This document shows, piece by piece, positions 9,231 through 18,262 of a DNA stretch of 40,000 nt. Where the stretch lies: positions 67,967 through 107,966 of the forward strand of contig CAVZKL010000011.1 in NCBI GenBank assembly GCA_963775895.1, in the 5' to 3' direction. The translations under genes were made by a program, and so were the position numbers. Origin of the DNA: Candidatus Bathyarchaeota archaeon. GTDB lineage: Archaea > Thermoproteota > Bathyarchaeia > Bathyarchaeales > Bathycorpusculaceae. Position 1 is the first letter of the stretch, and the number at the start of each line of letters is the position of its first letter. The notes beneath the pieces are model-generated. The model saw only the letters and a program-made list of their open reading frames with translations. It had not been told where the DNA came from and ran no database searches.

Positions 9231-9335
9231 ATCAGAGATCTCTAACCTGCCTAGTGAACCATTAGGTTTATCGATTTCTACCTCCTCTTTACCTGATGAT
9301 TTCGGATAAGTGGCTTCGAGTACACTGATGGCGCG

Positions 9336-9343
9336 ATTTAAAC
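9336..9343 (+). promoter_or_regulatory. TATA-box-like element upstream of the XDH-family FAD subunit gene
   Basis: ATTTAAAC, about 24 nt upstream of ATG 9363. Confidence 0.4.
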
Positions 9344-9362
9344 CAAGTCAAGGTGATTGAGC

Positions 9363-10230
9363 ATGGCGCTGCCTACACAATTCAATTACTTTAGGTCCTA
9401 ATACAATAGAAGAAACGTTAAGATTAATGGGAAAATTTGGGGCTCAAGGCAAGGTTTTGGTTGGGGGTACAGACTTGATATCAGGGGTCAGGTCTGGAAA
9501 GATTATCCTACCTGAAAATATCATTGAGATAGGTCACATTAAAGAATTAAACTTCATTGATGACGACGCAGATATTGTCAATGTTGGAGCTACAACAAAG
9601 CTGTCAGAAATCATGTCCTCTCCAATAATCAAAAGCAAAGTCCCAATATTGGCTGAAGCCATATCTACTATGGCATCGTCTCAAATTAGGAATATGGGAA
9701 CGATAGGCGGCAACCTGTGCAATGCCTCCCCTGCTGCTGACACTGCACCTCCACTTCTTGTCTTAGACGCTAAGATCGAAGTCATAGACATAAAGAGCAA
9801 GAGGCTTGTTCCCATTGACCAATTCTTCACGGGACCAAGTAAGACTGCGGTAGGTCCTAACGAAATCGTCACCAAGATACAAATTCCGACGCAGCTGCCA
9901 ACCAATAGGTGGGACTTTGTTAAATTGGGCAGAAGAAAAGCCTTCACCTTATCCATAATTTCCATAGCAGGTCTAGCCAAAATAATCGACAACAGCTTTC
10001 AAGATGTGAAAATAGCTTTAGGCGCCGTGGCGCCTACGCCTCTTAGAGCGAAAAAAGCGGAGACATTTTTGAAAGGAAAGGCTGCAAGCGAAGATGTAAT
10101 CGATGAGGCATCACAAATAGTTAGAGACGAGATAAACCCCATAAGCGATGTCAGGGCATCTAAGGAATATAGACGAGAAATGGCTTGTACTCTTACAAAG
10201 AAAATGCTCATGAATCTATCAAGTGACTAG
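9363..10230 (+). CDS. Xanthine dehydrogenase/CO dehydrogenase family FAD-binding (medium, CoxM/XdhB-like) subunit, with a 1-nt frame change near codon 11
   Basis: ORF 9427..10230 has GGTDLI and IRNMGTIGGNLCNASPAADTAPPLLVLDA. ATG 9363 encodes MALPTQFNYFR, then a stop. Dropping one base near 9393-9397 gives FNYFRPNTIEETLRLM, the family N-terminal pattern. Confidence 0.85.
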
Positions 10231-10315
10231 GGGTGCATCTGAGGTAGAGCAGTTTTCCTACGCAGATAACCAAACAGGACGAAGTATGAAATCGGGCCAT
10301 AGTATATCGGCGATT

Positions 10316-10789
10316 CTAAAGTTTGGTGTTTTGGGCGGCATCTTTTATCGCTTTAACAATGTTTACATATCCTGTGCATCTGCATAGATTGCCAGCGATT
10401 CCTCTTCTTATTTCTTCATCGGTCGGGTCCTTGACCGTTTTCAATAGGTGATAGGCCGATAGAAGCATGCCTGGAGTGCAGTAGCCACACTGCAAAGCGT
10501 AGTTTTCTATGAAAGCGTCCATAAGTGACCGCATTTTCTCATCTTGCATTAGCCCCTCTACTGTGAGAATCTCTTCGCCATCGACTTGAACTGCAAGGGT
10601 GATGCAAGATAAAATGGGCTTGCCATTGAGCAGAACAGTGCATGCTCCACATTCACCTTCTTCGCATCCTCTATGAACACTTTTCATTTTCAAAGTGTTT
10701 CTAAGAAGATCTATTAGAGGGGTTCTAGGCTCGATTTGGACCTCATAAGATCTACCATTCACTTTCAGAGACACATTAACACAGTTCAT
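10316..10789 (-). CDS. Xanthine dehydrogenase family 2Fe-2S (small, CoxS-like) subunit
   Basis: CEEGECGACTVLLNGKPILSC, CGYCTPGM, NLCRCTGY. Start taken at internal ATG 10789 (MNCVNVSLKVNG), 5 nt after the large-subunit stop. Confidence 0.9.
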   Translation of the reverse strand: MNCVNVSLKVNGRSYEVQIEPRTPLIDLLRNTLKMKSVHRGCEEGECGACTVLLNGKPILSCITLAVQVDGEEILTVEGLMQDEKMRSLMDAFIENYALQCGYCTPGMLLSAYHLLKTVKDPTDEEIRRGIAGNLCRCTGYVNIVKAIKDAAQNTKL

Positions 10790-10794
10790 TGCTT

Positions 10795-13176
10795 TCACCT
10801 TTCGCGACTCTTTTTGCATTGGGAAATCAATCTCCATATTCTCTCCTTCGTCGCCGGGGTCTCAGCTATCACTATGTTGAATGGCGATAAAGCGTCTTCA
10901 ACGGCATTTATGATTACCACTTTACTTCCTATAGTCGGAGCCTCACCCATACCCTTCGTGCCCAACTCGGTGAATGGGGACGGTGTTTTCACGTGGCCAA
11001 CTTCTATGTTAGGCGCGTCTAAGGCTGTTGGCATTACATAGTCCATATATGAGGTGGAAAGCAATCGCCCATTCTTATCATAAATCAGATGTTCGTTCAA
11101 TGCTTCGCCTATACCTTGCACGACTCCTCCATGAATCTGACCGTCAACAACCTCCTTGTTTATGATCCTGCCAGCGTCATGTACATGCACGTACCTCAAT
11201 ATTTCTACATCGCCTGTTTCCACGTTTACCTCAACTACGGCGACATCTGCAGACGAACAAAACGTTGTATATGTGCTCGTGGGGTTCTGCGTTGTGTTGG
11301 GGCTGAACCAAGTTTCAGAGACATCGAGCAACGTTTCATGCCCCATCTGAAGTTCCTTTTGAAGACCTTTAGGGCCCGGGAAAAAGTACATATATGCCGC
11401 GAGGTCCTTCATCGATATCCTTTTACTCGGATCCCTTGTTGAGTAGATGCAACTACCCTTCATCTCGATGCTACTACTGTCTTCATTTAAAACACTACTC
11501 GCAACTTTTAACACTCTCTCCCTTAATTTCTTTGCAGCCTTAGCAACCGCGCTGAGGCAGTATACAACACCTCTGCTGGACCATGGACCAGCACCAGTAA
11601 TGTCGGAGGAAAACGGGTGCACGATGACGTCGGCAATGTTAACGCCCAGAATTTCGGATACTACTTGTGCAATAACAACCATGGATCCTTGACCTATGTC
11701 CGTTTGATCGCTATAGACTTCAACTTTCCCATCAGGAGTTATTTTGGTGCGCCCAAGTGTCACGCCACTGAATATGCTGTGGGGTATAGCTCCACCCGCA
11801 GGCTCCACAGTAAATGCCAGTCCTATGCCTAGATACTTGTTTTGCCCGATCAAACCTCGTTTACTTCTCCAAGTGTTTATGTCGATCATCTTTAGGGCTT
11901 TTTTGAGTACTTCTGGGTAGTCTCCACTATCGTAAACGTATCCTGAGATTTGCTTGTACGGAAATTCATTTGGCTGAATAAAGTTTCTGAATCTAATTTC
12001 TTCGGGAGCCAAATTGAGTTCTTTGCTTACAATGTTCATTATTCTCTCAATGAATTTTATGCCCTTATCTTTACCAAAGCCTCTGTAAGCACAATAGAAT
12101 GATTTGTTCGTAACAACGGCGTAAGCATCCGTATATAATGCTTTGAGTTTGTACGCGTTGGGGACTGCGCAGCATGCCGGTACTATGCTGCAGGCGCCTG
12201 CTCCTCTGTTTGTTCCTTCAACTCCAATATCGATTATAAACTTTGCTTTTACTCCTAGTATTTGTCCATCATTCTTAACCGCGACTTCACCATCCCATAT
12301 AACATCTCTTTGATGAGGGCCCGTCGCAAAGTTCTCTCTTCTATTTTCAAACCACTTCACAGGTCTTCCAGTGAGGATTGAAGCAGCACATACTACTACA
12401 TCCTTCGACCAGTTTAGCTTATTGCCAAAAGCTCCGCCAACATCGGGGGCTACAACCTCAACTCTGTTCATGGGTATGCGAAGAGCTTGGGCTATATAGC
12501 GTTGTGCTAGAAAGGGAGATTGAGTAGAGCTCCAAACTTTCAACCTGCCCATCGAGTCGTCGTACCAGGCCACGCAGCCCCGAGGTTCTATAGGAAATCC
12601 TGATACCCTACCTTCACGCCAAGACACCTTAATTATGCGGTCAGCCTCTGAAAATGCTGCGTCAATATCGCCGAATTTGAAGGTTACATGAGCTTGTAAA
12701 TTATCTCCCCACTCTTCATATAACAACGGCGAATTCGGTTCCATAGCCGTGATAGCATCTGTGACGATGGGCAAGGGTTCATACTCAATTTCTATTAACT
12801 TAAGTGCGTCAAATGCGTTATATGGGTCTTCAGCTATCACGACGGCTACTGGCTCGCCTATAAACCTTACTTTGTCTGTAGCCAAAGGGTATGCCTTAGG
12901 TATACGCCAATGCCAGCCTAAAGGTCTATAATCTGCATTTGCGGGTAGTGGGTCCATGATTCCTACTAAGTCTTTGCCTGCGAGGATTCTTAGTACACCG
13001 GGCGCCTTCAAAGCTTTAGCCAGATCGATATTTTTTATCTTCGCATGCGCATGAGAGCTTCGCAAAAACACGCAGTAAGCCATATTGGGCAATTCCACAT
13101 CGTCTATGTAACATCCCTTACCTGACATGAGTCGAATGTCCCTTTCTTTTTTCCACTCAATGATGGGTGAAGACAT
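10795..13176 (-). CDS. Xanthine dehydrogenase/aldehyde oxidase/CoxL family molybdopterin-binding large subunit
   Basis: 793 aa, full-length family architecture. Active-site loop reads CAYRGFGKD. Confidence 0.9.
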   Translation of the reverse strand: MSSPIIEWKKERDIRLMSGKGCYIDDVELPNMAYCVFLRSSHAHAKIKNIDLAKALKAPGVLRILAGKDLVGIMDPLPANADYRPLGWHWRIPKAYPLATDKVRFIGEPVAVVIAEDPYNAFDALKLIEIEYEPLPIVTDAITAMEPNSPLLYEEWGDNLQAHVTFKFGDIDAAFSEADRIIKVSWREGRVSGFPIEPRGCVAWYDDSMGRLKVWSSTQSPFLAQRYIAQALRIPMNRVEVVAPDVGGAFGNKLNWSKDVVVCAASILTGRPVKWFENRRENFATGPHQRDVIWDGEVAVKNDGQILGVKAKFIIDIGVEGTNRGAGACSIVPACCAVPNAYKLKALYTDAYAVVTNKSFYCAYRGFGKDKGIKFIERIMNIVSKELNLAPEEIRFRNFIQPNEFPYKQISGYVYDSGDYPEVLKKALKMIDINTWRSKRGLIGQNKYLGIGLAFTVEPAGGAIPHSIFSGVTLGRTKITPDGKVEVYSDQTDIGQGSMVVIAQVVSEILGVNIADVIVHPFSSDITGAGPWSSRGVVYCLSAVAKAAKKLRERVLKVASSVLNEDSSSIEMKGSCIYSTRDPSKRISMKDLAAYMYFFPGPKGLQKELQMGHETLLDVSETWFSPNTTQNPTSTYTTFCSSADVAVVEVNVETGDVEILRYVHVHDAGRIINKEVVDGQIHGGVVQGIGEALNEHLIYDKNGRLLSTSYMDYVMPTALDAPNIEVGHVKTPSPFTELGTKGMGEAPTIGSKVVIINAVEDALSPFNIVIAETPATKERIWRLISQCKKSRER

Positions 13177-13316
13177 TTCTAAGAAACTCCGATGCTAAAT
13201 TACTCGCCATTATGTATCTACTTAACTTTCTGGTATTTGCGCGCGCGCACGAGCTCAAAGGCAAGAGCGCTAAATCAACTCGGCTTAGCGCGCGCTGACT
13301 GTAGGATGTTAATGTT

Positions 13317-13919
13317 TCATTGATCTTCTGTACCCTCGGGTGGGAAATACCTTTTAAGGTCTTCTTCTGAGTCAAAGTCAATGAGGATCTCGTCTGATCC
13401 TGTTTCCACCTTCTTTATTAGTCCTCTATTTGCATTCACAACTGATTTCAAGCCCATCGTTTCCTCGTTTATGTTCATAATCTGACCGAAGAGGAAGCGA
13501 TCAAAAAGTATTGGATGACCTAATCTGCCTCGATGACTTGCCACTACAATATGGCTTCGAGACTTCTTGTATTCTTCAATGACCATATTGATAGCCTCAG
13601 GTGTAATTAGGGCCATGTCTCCGGGGAGCACCAACACAGCCTCCGCGTAACCCATGACAGAATTAACTCCAGCCTTAATTGAAGAGCTTTGACCGATCTC
13701 ATAGTTTTCATTAATTATGAACCTGCACTTGACGTCTTTGAGAGCCCCTTTGATCATTTGCGCTTCATGGCCTAAAACCACAACGATTTCATCTGCTTTT
13801 GAAGCTACAGCACTTTTGACAACCCTCTCGATAATGGTGGAGTCATCAATTTTTTCAAGTAGCCTATTTCTTCCAAACCTTTTTGATAAACCTGCAGCTA
13901 ACACAATGAGGCATATCAA
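13317..13919 (-). CDS. mocA: Molybdenum cofactor cytidylyl/guanylyl-transferase (MocA/MobA-like nucleotidyltransferase)
   Basis: 200 aa, TTG start, N-terminal LIVLAAGLSKRFG motif, located next to xdhC and XDH-family genes. Confidence 0.8.
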   Translation of the reverse strand: MICLIVLAAGLSKRFGRNRLLEKIDDSTIIERVVKSAVASKADEIVVVLGHEAQMIKGALKDVKCRFIINENYEIGQSSSIKAGVNSVMGYAEAVLVLPGDMALITPEAINMVIEEYKKSRSHIVVASHRGRLGHPILFDRFLFGQIMNINEETMGLKSVVNANRGLIKKVETGSDEILIDFDSEEDLKRYFPPEGTEDQ

Positions 13920-13940
13920 GCAATTTCCCAGGAAATATTA

Positions 13941-14015
13941 CTTAACATTTACGGATAAATCTCTTTTCAAATGATGATCTAGACTTTCCGAGTCATATCG
14001 ATTCTTAACATTTAC
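13941..14015. repeat. Direct repeat CTTAACATTTAC x2 (13941-13952 and 14004-14015) in the xdhC-mocA spacer
   Basis: Exact 12-nt copies 63 nt apart. A related word TACTTAAC also occurs at 13219-13226, upstream of the XDH large-subunit gene. Confidence 0.7.
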
Positions 14016-14049
14016 AAAGAAGTTAAGCTCAAGCGCGTTCCAAGTGGGA

Positions 14050-14853
14050 TTATAGACTTTCTTTATCTTTCCTTCTCTCACTTATTATCTCTGCAAGAAT
14101 GCTTATTCCTATTTCTTCGGGGGTTTGAGCGCCGATGTCCAAGCCCAGTGGAGCATGTAGGGATTTCAGGTCGTCATCACCGATTCCTGTTGCCTTAAGT
14201 TTCGTCACAAGCGTTGCGACCTTTGTCCTGCTACCAAGCAGGCCGATGTAAGCCGGCTTCTTTTTTACAATTTTCTCCAAGGCCAAATAGTCGTGTTCGG
14301 GCTCTCCGTGAGCGATAACTACCAGATCTTCTGAAGTTATATCTGTTTTATCGAGTATTTCATTGAAGTTACCTGCGATAATCTCTTCGGCCATAGGATA
14401 CCGCTCCTTGCAAGCTAATTCCTCATTATCATCTACTATAGTGAGGCTAAACCCCAAGATGTCTGCAAATCTTGCTAAAGGCCAAGCCACATGGCCTGCG
14501 CCGATGATTATGAGCCTCGGTTTTGGCTCAATTACATCGATGAATATCGTTAACTCGCCTCCACATATTAACCCTGTCTCGATTGAACCTTCCTTTTTAG
14601 ATGGATGGAGAGAGAAAAAGGCTTTCCTTGGCTTGCCTTCTCTCAAGGCCTTTAAAGACTCGCTAATCAAAAATCTCTCCATACTCCCCCCGCCAATCGT
14701 TCCGGTAGTTTTACCATCTTCAGTTACAATGATTTTTGCTCCGATATCTCTGGGCCCAGAGCCTACCTTTTCAATCAATGAACATAAAGCCACTTTCTTT
14801 CCACTTTCTAAGAGGCGCAGGGCTTCTCTCAATATTTCTAAATCAGTTGTCAC
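14050..14853 (-). CDS. xdhC: XdhC/CoxI family Mo-enzyme maturation factor
   Basis: 267 aa. N-terminal XdhC_CoxI-like region (ALCSLIEKVGSGPRD) plus a Rossmann-like IIGAGHVAWPLA region. Confidence 0.8.
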   Translation of the reverse strand: MTTDLEILREALRLLESGKKVALCSLIEKVGSGPRDIGAKIIVTEDGKTTGTIGGGSMERFLISESLKALREGKPRKAFFSLHPSKKEGSIETGLICGGELTIFIDVIEPKPRLIIIGAGHVAWPLARFADILGFSLTIVDDNEELACKERYPMAEEIIAGNFNEILDKTDITSEDLVVIAHGEPEHDYLALEKIVKKKPAYIGLLGSRTKVATLVTKLKATGIGDDDLKSLHAPLGLDIGAQTPEEIGISILAEIISERRKDKESL

Positions 14854-14867
14854 GGGTTATCTAATTG

Positions 14868-14875
14868 TTTAAATA
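14868..14875 (-). promoter_or_regulatory. TATA-box-like element upstream of xdhC
   Basis: CTATTTAAACAA on the minus strand, 15-22 nt upstream of GTG 14853. The real start may be the TTG at 14832. Confidence 0.45.
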
Positions 14876-15320
14876 GTTTGTTCTTATTTGAATTTTTTGT
14901 CACCAGAAACTTTTGTTACAAGCACGCGCGTGTTTTTGGAGCTCTCTCAACCTTCCCGCTCTTACTGACAAATGTCTTCAACGCGCGCCTAAGCTTAAGG
15001 GGGGCAGTAATCATTCCAGGCGGTCCGCCGGTTTTGTTAAGCCCTTGTTGATACCTTTCAATATTGTAACTGGTTTCATAATAGATAGCCCTCCTAAAGT
15101 CGAAGTCAAGTGCTCTTAATCGTGTGATCGCTGGTTTCTTCGGAATCCTGCGAGGTTTGCAGACCCCAGTCGTTCAAACATTTTGGGGACTTCCCATCGC
15201 TATCAGTTTGATAGTGGTCTCAGTCAATTGTGCTTCAGGAGCGATTGGAGCGAACGTAGGTGTTCAAGTCCTCCGACAATTATATCACTCTGGAGTGTCC
15301 ATTCCAAGCAGAGGTATAAC

Positions 15321-15944
15321 ATGAACTTCGACACGATGTTAAAAAAGGCTACAAGTTTTCACGGCCACACGTGCACCGGTCTGGTGTTGGGCACTAGAAT
15401 AGTGATTGCGGGGAGTCAAAGATTAGGTATCGACGACCCATCCAAAACGCGTGACTTGATAGTATACGTAGAGATAGATCGGTGTTTGGCGGATGCTATC
15501 CAAGCTATAACATTGTGCTCACTTGGGAAACGCAGACTGAAACATGTTGATTATGGGAAATTTGCAGCAACATTTGTGGACACATCGAAGAATAGGGCGG
15601 TACGCATTTCAATAAAGGAGAAAGCCCGTGAGTGGGCGATGAAATACGGCGAAGAACAAGTATTAATAAATAAAGGTGAAATAGTTAACCGAAAGCAAGA
15701 AATGGACATAATGACAGAAGCTTACATGAAGATACCTGATGTAGAGCTTCTAGACGTTAAGGATGTTAGTATAAGCATACCAAAATGGGATCTCCCAGGC
15801 TTGCCTCAACGAAAAGTGACGTGCACCATGTGCGGTGAAAGAATTTTCGATGGTCGCGCGAAAATAAAAAATGGACGAATTCTATGTAGACCATGTGCAG
15901 AAGGCGCATACTACAAAAATCTCAACGAGACACAACCGGAGTAA
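15321..15944 (+). CDS. FmdE family protein with a C-terminal zinc ribbon
   Basis: Start at ATG 15321 preceded by GAGGT. SFHGHTCTGLVLG motif. C-terminal CTMCGERIF...CRPCAEG. Confidence 0.8.
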   Translation: MNFDTMLKKATSFHGHTCTGLVLGTRIVIAGSQRLGIDDPSKTRDLIVYVEIDRCLADAIQAITLCSLGKRRLKHVDYGKFAATFVDTSKNRAVRISIKEKAREWAMKYGEEQVLINKGEIVNRKQEMDIMTEAYMKIPDVELLDVKDVSISIPKWDLPGLPQRKVTCTMCGERIFDGRAKIKNGRILCRPCAEGAYYKNLNETQPE

Positions 15945-15951
15945 CGACTTT

Positions 15952-16740
15952 ATGCCAGGTAAAATCGTTAACGATATTCTAGATTTACTTCCTAACGTCA
16001 TTCCAGATCTAAATATGATAAGGGTTGACAAAGTCATACTAGGATTGGGTTATACAGGGGTTAAGCTTAGCACAGGACAGGTTGGCGTCTGTTTTACTTT
16101 TCAAACTGAGATTTCATTAAGTTGCTGCCAGATTTACAAGAAAGCTGGCAAATTGACTGGAAGCACAGCGATGGAAATGATGAATATGGCGAGGTCATGG
16201 GATCTTAGTGAAAGTGTAATTGGAATCGCCACAGTAAATGCCCTTTCATCCATCGCTATTGCCAACAATAAGGAAGCATATGTCATCTTAAAGGGGAACA
16301 TCTTGGACCACATAGCGTTGGAAAAAAAAGATACCGTTGTCTTTGTAGGCAGGATCAGTCCATTAATCAAACGAATCGAGGGAAAGGTGAAGAGAATCTA
16401 TGTACTCGAAAGAGACTGGGCTCGTCGTGAGAGTGGAGTTTTGCCTGATACGGCATGTGAGGAGATTCTTCCCCAAGCAGACGTCGCTATAATCACTGGA
16501 ACTGCTTTAGTCAACGGAACCATAGACCGTCTGATAGAACTCTCTAAGGGAGCAAGGGAAATAGCAGTTGTGGGCGCTTCAGCGAGCGTTCTTCCAGGCC
16601 CTCTGTTTAAGTGTGGAGTCACATGCGTTGGTGGGATCAAAGTTCTAGATCCAGATAAATTGATGCAGATCGTGGCTGAAGGAGGGGGAACACAACAGCT
16701 GAAGGCAGCCGCTGAATTCATCAACTTGAGGCCAAAATAG
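15952..16740 (+). CDS. DUF4213/DUF364 (putative heavy-metal chelation, Rossmann-like) domain protein
   Basis: Start at ATG 15952, 7 nt after the fmdE-like stop. KVILGLGYTGVKLSTGQVGVCFTF and VAIITGTALVNGT resemble the family; assignment is from memory. Confidence 0.65.
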   Translation: MPGKIVNDILDLLPNVIPDLNMIRVDKVILGLGYTGVKLSTGQVGVCFTFQTEISLSCCQIYKKAGKLTGSTAMEMMNMARSWDLSESVIGIATVNALSSIAIANNKEAYVILKGNILDHIALEKKDTVVFVGRISPLIKRIEGKVKRIYVLERDWARRESGVLPDTACEEILPQADVAIITGTALVNGTIDRLIELSKGAREIAVVGASASVLPGPLFKCGVTCVGGIKVLDPDKLMQIVAEGGGTQQLKAAAEFINLRPK

Positions 16741-16901
16741 CCGCGAGTGCGCGCGCAGCAAAGACAACCAACCAGCCCTAAGATTACACAATTGAATTTG
16801 CGCACCCTTCTAATTAAGCGCGCGCGCCCATACTGTAAACAGGGGATTACGCTGATAGATTTGAGTATAGACGTCTGTGGCATAAGATTCAAAAATCGTT
16901 C

Positions 16902-16933
16902 TTGAGGGTTAAGCTCCCAAATTAACTCCGTCC
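16902..16933. repeat. 32-nt sequence TTGAGGGTTAAGCTCCCAAATTAACTCCGTCC, whose two halves recur at 5316-5337 and 5511-5523
   Basis: Exact 22-nt and 13-nt matches read directly from the sequence. The halves overlap by ATT here and are 173 nt apart at the other locus. Confidence 0.85.
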
Positions 16934-16955
16934 ACATTGCGCATAAGAATTCGTT

Positions 16956-18191
16956 TCATCTGGGCCGATGTTCTTTTTCTAGCCGTCTTAAGCTGACATC
17001 AAGAGCTTGAACAGTGGAATCCACGTGTTCTGTCGTTGCTATCAACGGGGGCAACATGCGGATAGTTGACTCGCCGCTTAGAGTGACCAATGTTCCAGCC
17101 TCTCTCATCATGTCTTGAACCTGTGCTGCTTCTCTAGCTGCGGGAGTTTTTGTTCTTTGATCCTCAACAAGTTCCACACCAACCATGAGACCTTTTCCCC
17201 TCACGTCACCTATAATTGGATGTTTCTCCTCCAACTCAACTAGGCGGCGCAGTAGATAGTTCCCTACTCTAGAAGCATTTTCTAGCAGGCGATCCCTCTG
17301 GATTATTTCAATAGTCTTCAGACCGGCAACACATGAGACAGGGTTGCCTCCAAACGTTGTGTAATGGTCTCCTGGCTCAAATGCTTCCGCTATTTTCTCG
17401 TTGGTGATGAAAGTACCTAGTGGTAGACCTCCTCCGACGCCTTTTGCAACCGTGATTATGTCTGGACGCAAGTTCCAGTATTCGATCGCAAACATCTTGC
17501 CGGTTCTTCCTATTCCAGTTTGAATCTCATCGTCAATAAGCAATATTCCATGTTCATCACAAATTCTTTTCACTCTGGAAAAGTACCCGTCTGGGGGGAC
17601 GATCACTCCTCCTTCGCCCATTATAGGCTCAAATGCTAAGGCGGCTACATCGCCTGAACTTCCGTATTTTATTGCCTCACTGAGGAGCTCTGCGCAGGCA
17701 AGGTCGCAGTCTGGAAACGTCAGTCTTAGGCTGCAACGATAACAGTATGCAGGCGGAATGTGTACGACGCCTGGGATGTAAGGCCCCATGCCTTTTTTGT
17801 ATTTCATTTGTGCAGTAATGCTCAATGATCCAAGAGTACGGCCGTGGAAGGCTCTGTATAATGCAATCAGCTCGTATTTTTTCGTGTATTTGCGTGCAAG
17901 CTTGATTGCACCTTCCACTGCTTCAGCTCCACTACTACAGAAGAAACTTCGGCATGAGGACATGGGAGCAATTTCGGCAAGTTTCTCGGCAAGATTTGCC
18001 ATAGGAATTGAATAAAACATGTAAGAACTGTGATGCCAAACTTTGTCCAACTGTTCGATGATTGCATTCTTCACCTCTTGATTACAATGTCCTAACGGAA
18101 GAACACCAAACCCCGTTGTGAAGTCCAAGTATTTTTTTCCGTTCACGTCCTCCAAGAAAACGCCATCTCCCTTAGCTACGGTTATGGGCAC
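16956..18191 (-). CDS. Class III (acetylornithine/GABA/LysJ-type) PLP aminotransferase; the true 5' end probably lies at 18240
   Basis: DEIQTGIGRTGKMFA and TVAKGVGGGLPLG motifs. GTG start at 18191, but family-like sequence (KYVITSCLKRIVPITVAKGDG) continues upstream without a start codon. Confidence 0.85.
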   Translation of the reverse strand: MPITVAKGDGVFLEDVNGKKYLDFTTGFGVLPLGHCNQEVKNAIIEQLDKVWHHSSYMFYSIPMANLAEKLAEIAPMSSCRSFFCSSGAEAVEGAIKLARKYTKKYELIALYRAFHGRTLGSLSITAQMKYKKGMGPYIPGVVHIPPAYCYRCSLRLTFPDCDLACAELLSEAIKYGSSGDVAALAFEPIMGEGGVIVPPDGYFSRVKRICDEHGILLIDDEIQTGIGRTGKMFAIEYWNLRPDIITVAKGVGGGLPLGTFITNEKIAEAFEPGDHYTTFGGNPVSCVAGLKTIEIIQRDRLLENASRVGNYLLRRLVELEEKHPIIGDVRGKGLMVGVELVEDQRTKTPAAREAAQVQDMMREAGTLVTLSGESTIRMLPPLIATTEHVDSTVQALDVSLRRLEKEHRPR

Positions 18192-18262
18192 TATCCGTTT
18201 GAGACACGAGGTAATGACATACTTATTCGTATCTCTTCATGGTTTCATGATCTGATCCTTTC

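Noticed and set aside
9294-9328. Possible C/D box sRNA (TGATGA at 9294-9299, CTGA at 9325-9328) in the spacer upstream of the XDH FAD subunit gene
   Set aside because: Only 25 nt separate the boxes and no internal D'/C' boxes are present. That is too short for an archaeal C/D sRNA, and the terminal pairing is only 2 bp.
10795-13176. Calling the XDH-family cluster an aerobic CO dehydrogenase (coxMSL)
   Set aside because: The active-site loop is CAYRGFGKD, not VAYRCSFR. No coxD/E/F-type accessory genes are present, so only the family-level call is supported.
14363-14872. 169-aa ORF antisense to xdhC (similar cases are 20147-20674 antisense to the ferredoxin gene and 1454-1918 antisense to the TfrB-like gene)
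   Set aside because: All lie fully inside well-supported genes on the other strand and show no conserved motifs.
15262-15275. tRNA-like T-loop sequence GTTCAAGTCC in the xdhC/fmdE spacer
   Set aside because: The flanking bases do not form a T-stem, and no acceptor, D or anticodon arms can be drawn.
14854-15320. Molybdenum-cofactor riboswitch upstream of the fmdE-like gene (contains CCUCCGA)
   Set aside because: The Moco RNA motif is a bacterial element. I cannot reproduce its multi-stem consensus here, and a single short word is insufficient.
16398-16937. 179-aa minus-strand ORF overlapping the 3' end of the DUF364-like gene and the spacer
   Set aside because: It is antisense to a supported gene, and its N-terminal part is simply the translated repeat and GC-tract spacer. 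There is no family resemblance.
18237-18239. In-frame TGA three codons after ATG 18248, as selenocysteine or readthrough in the aminotransferase
   Set aside because: This enzyme family has no known selenoprotein members at the N-terminus and no SECIS-like hairpin is evident. A 1-nt indel with a start at ATG 18240 fits the TATA spacing better.
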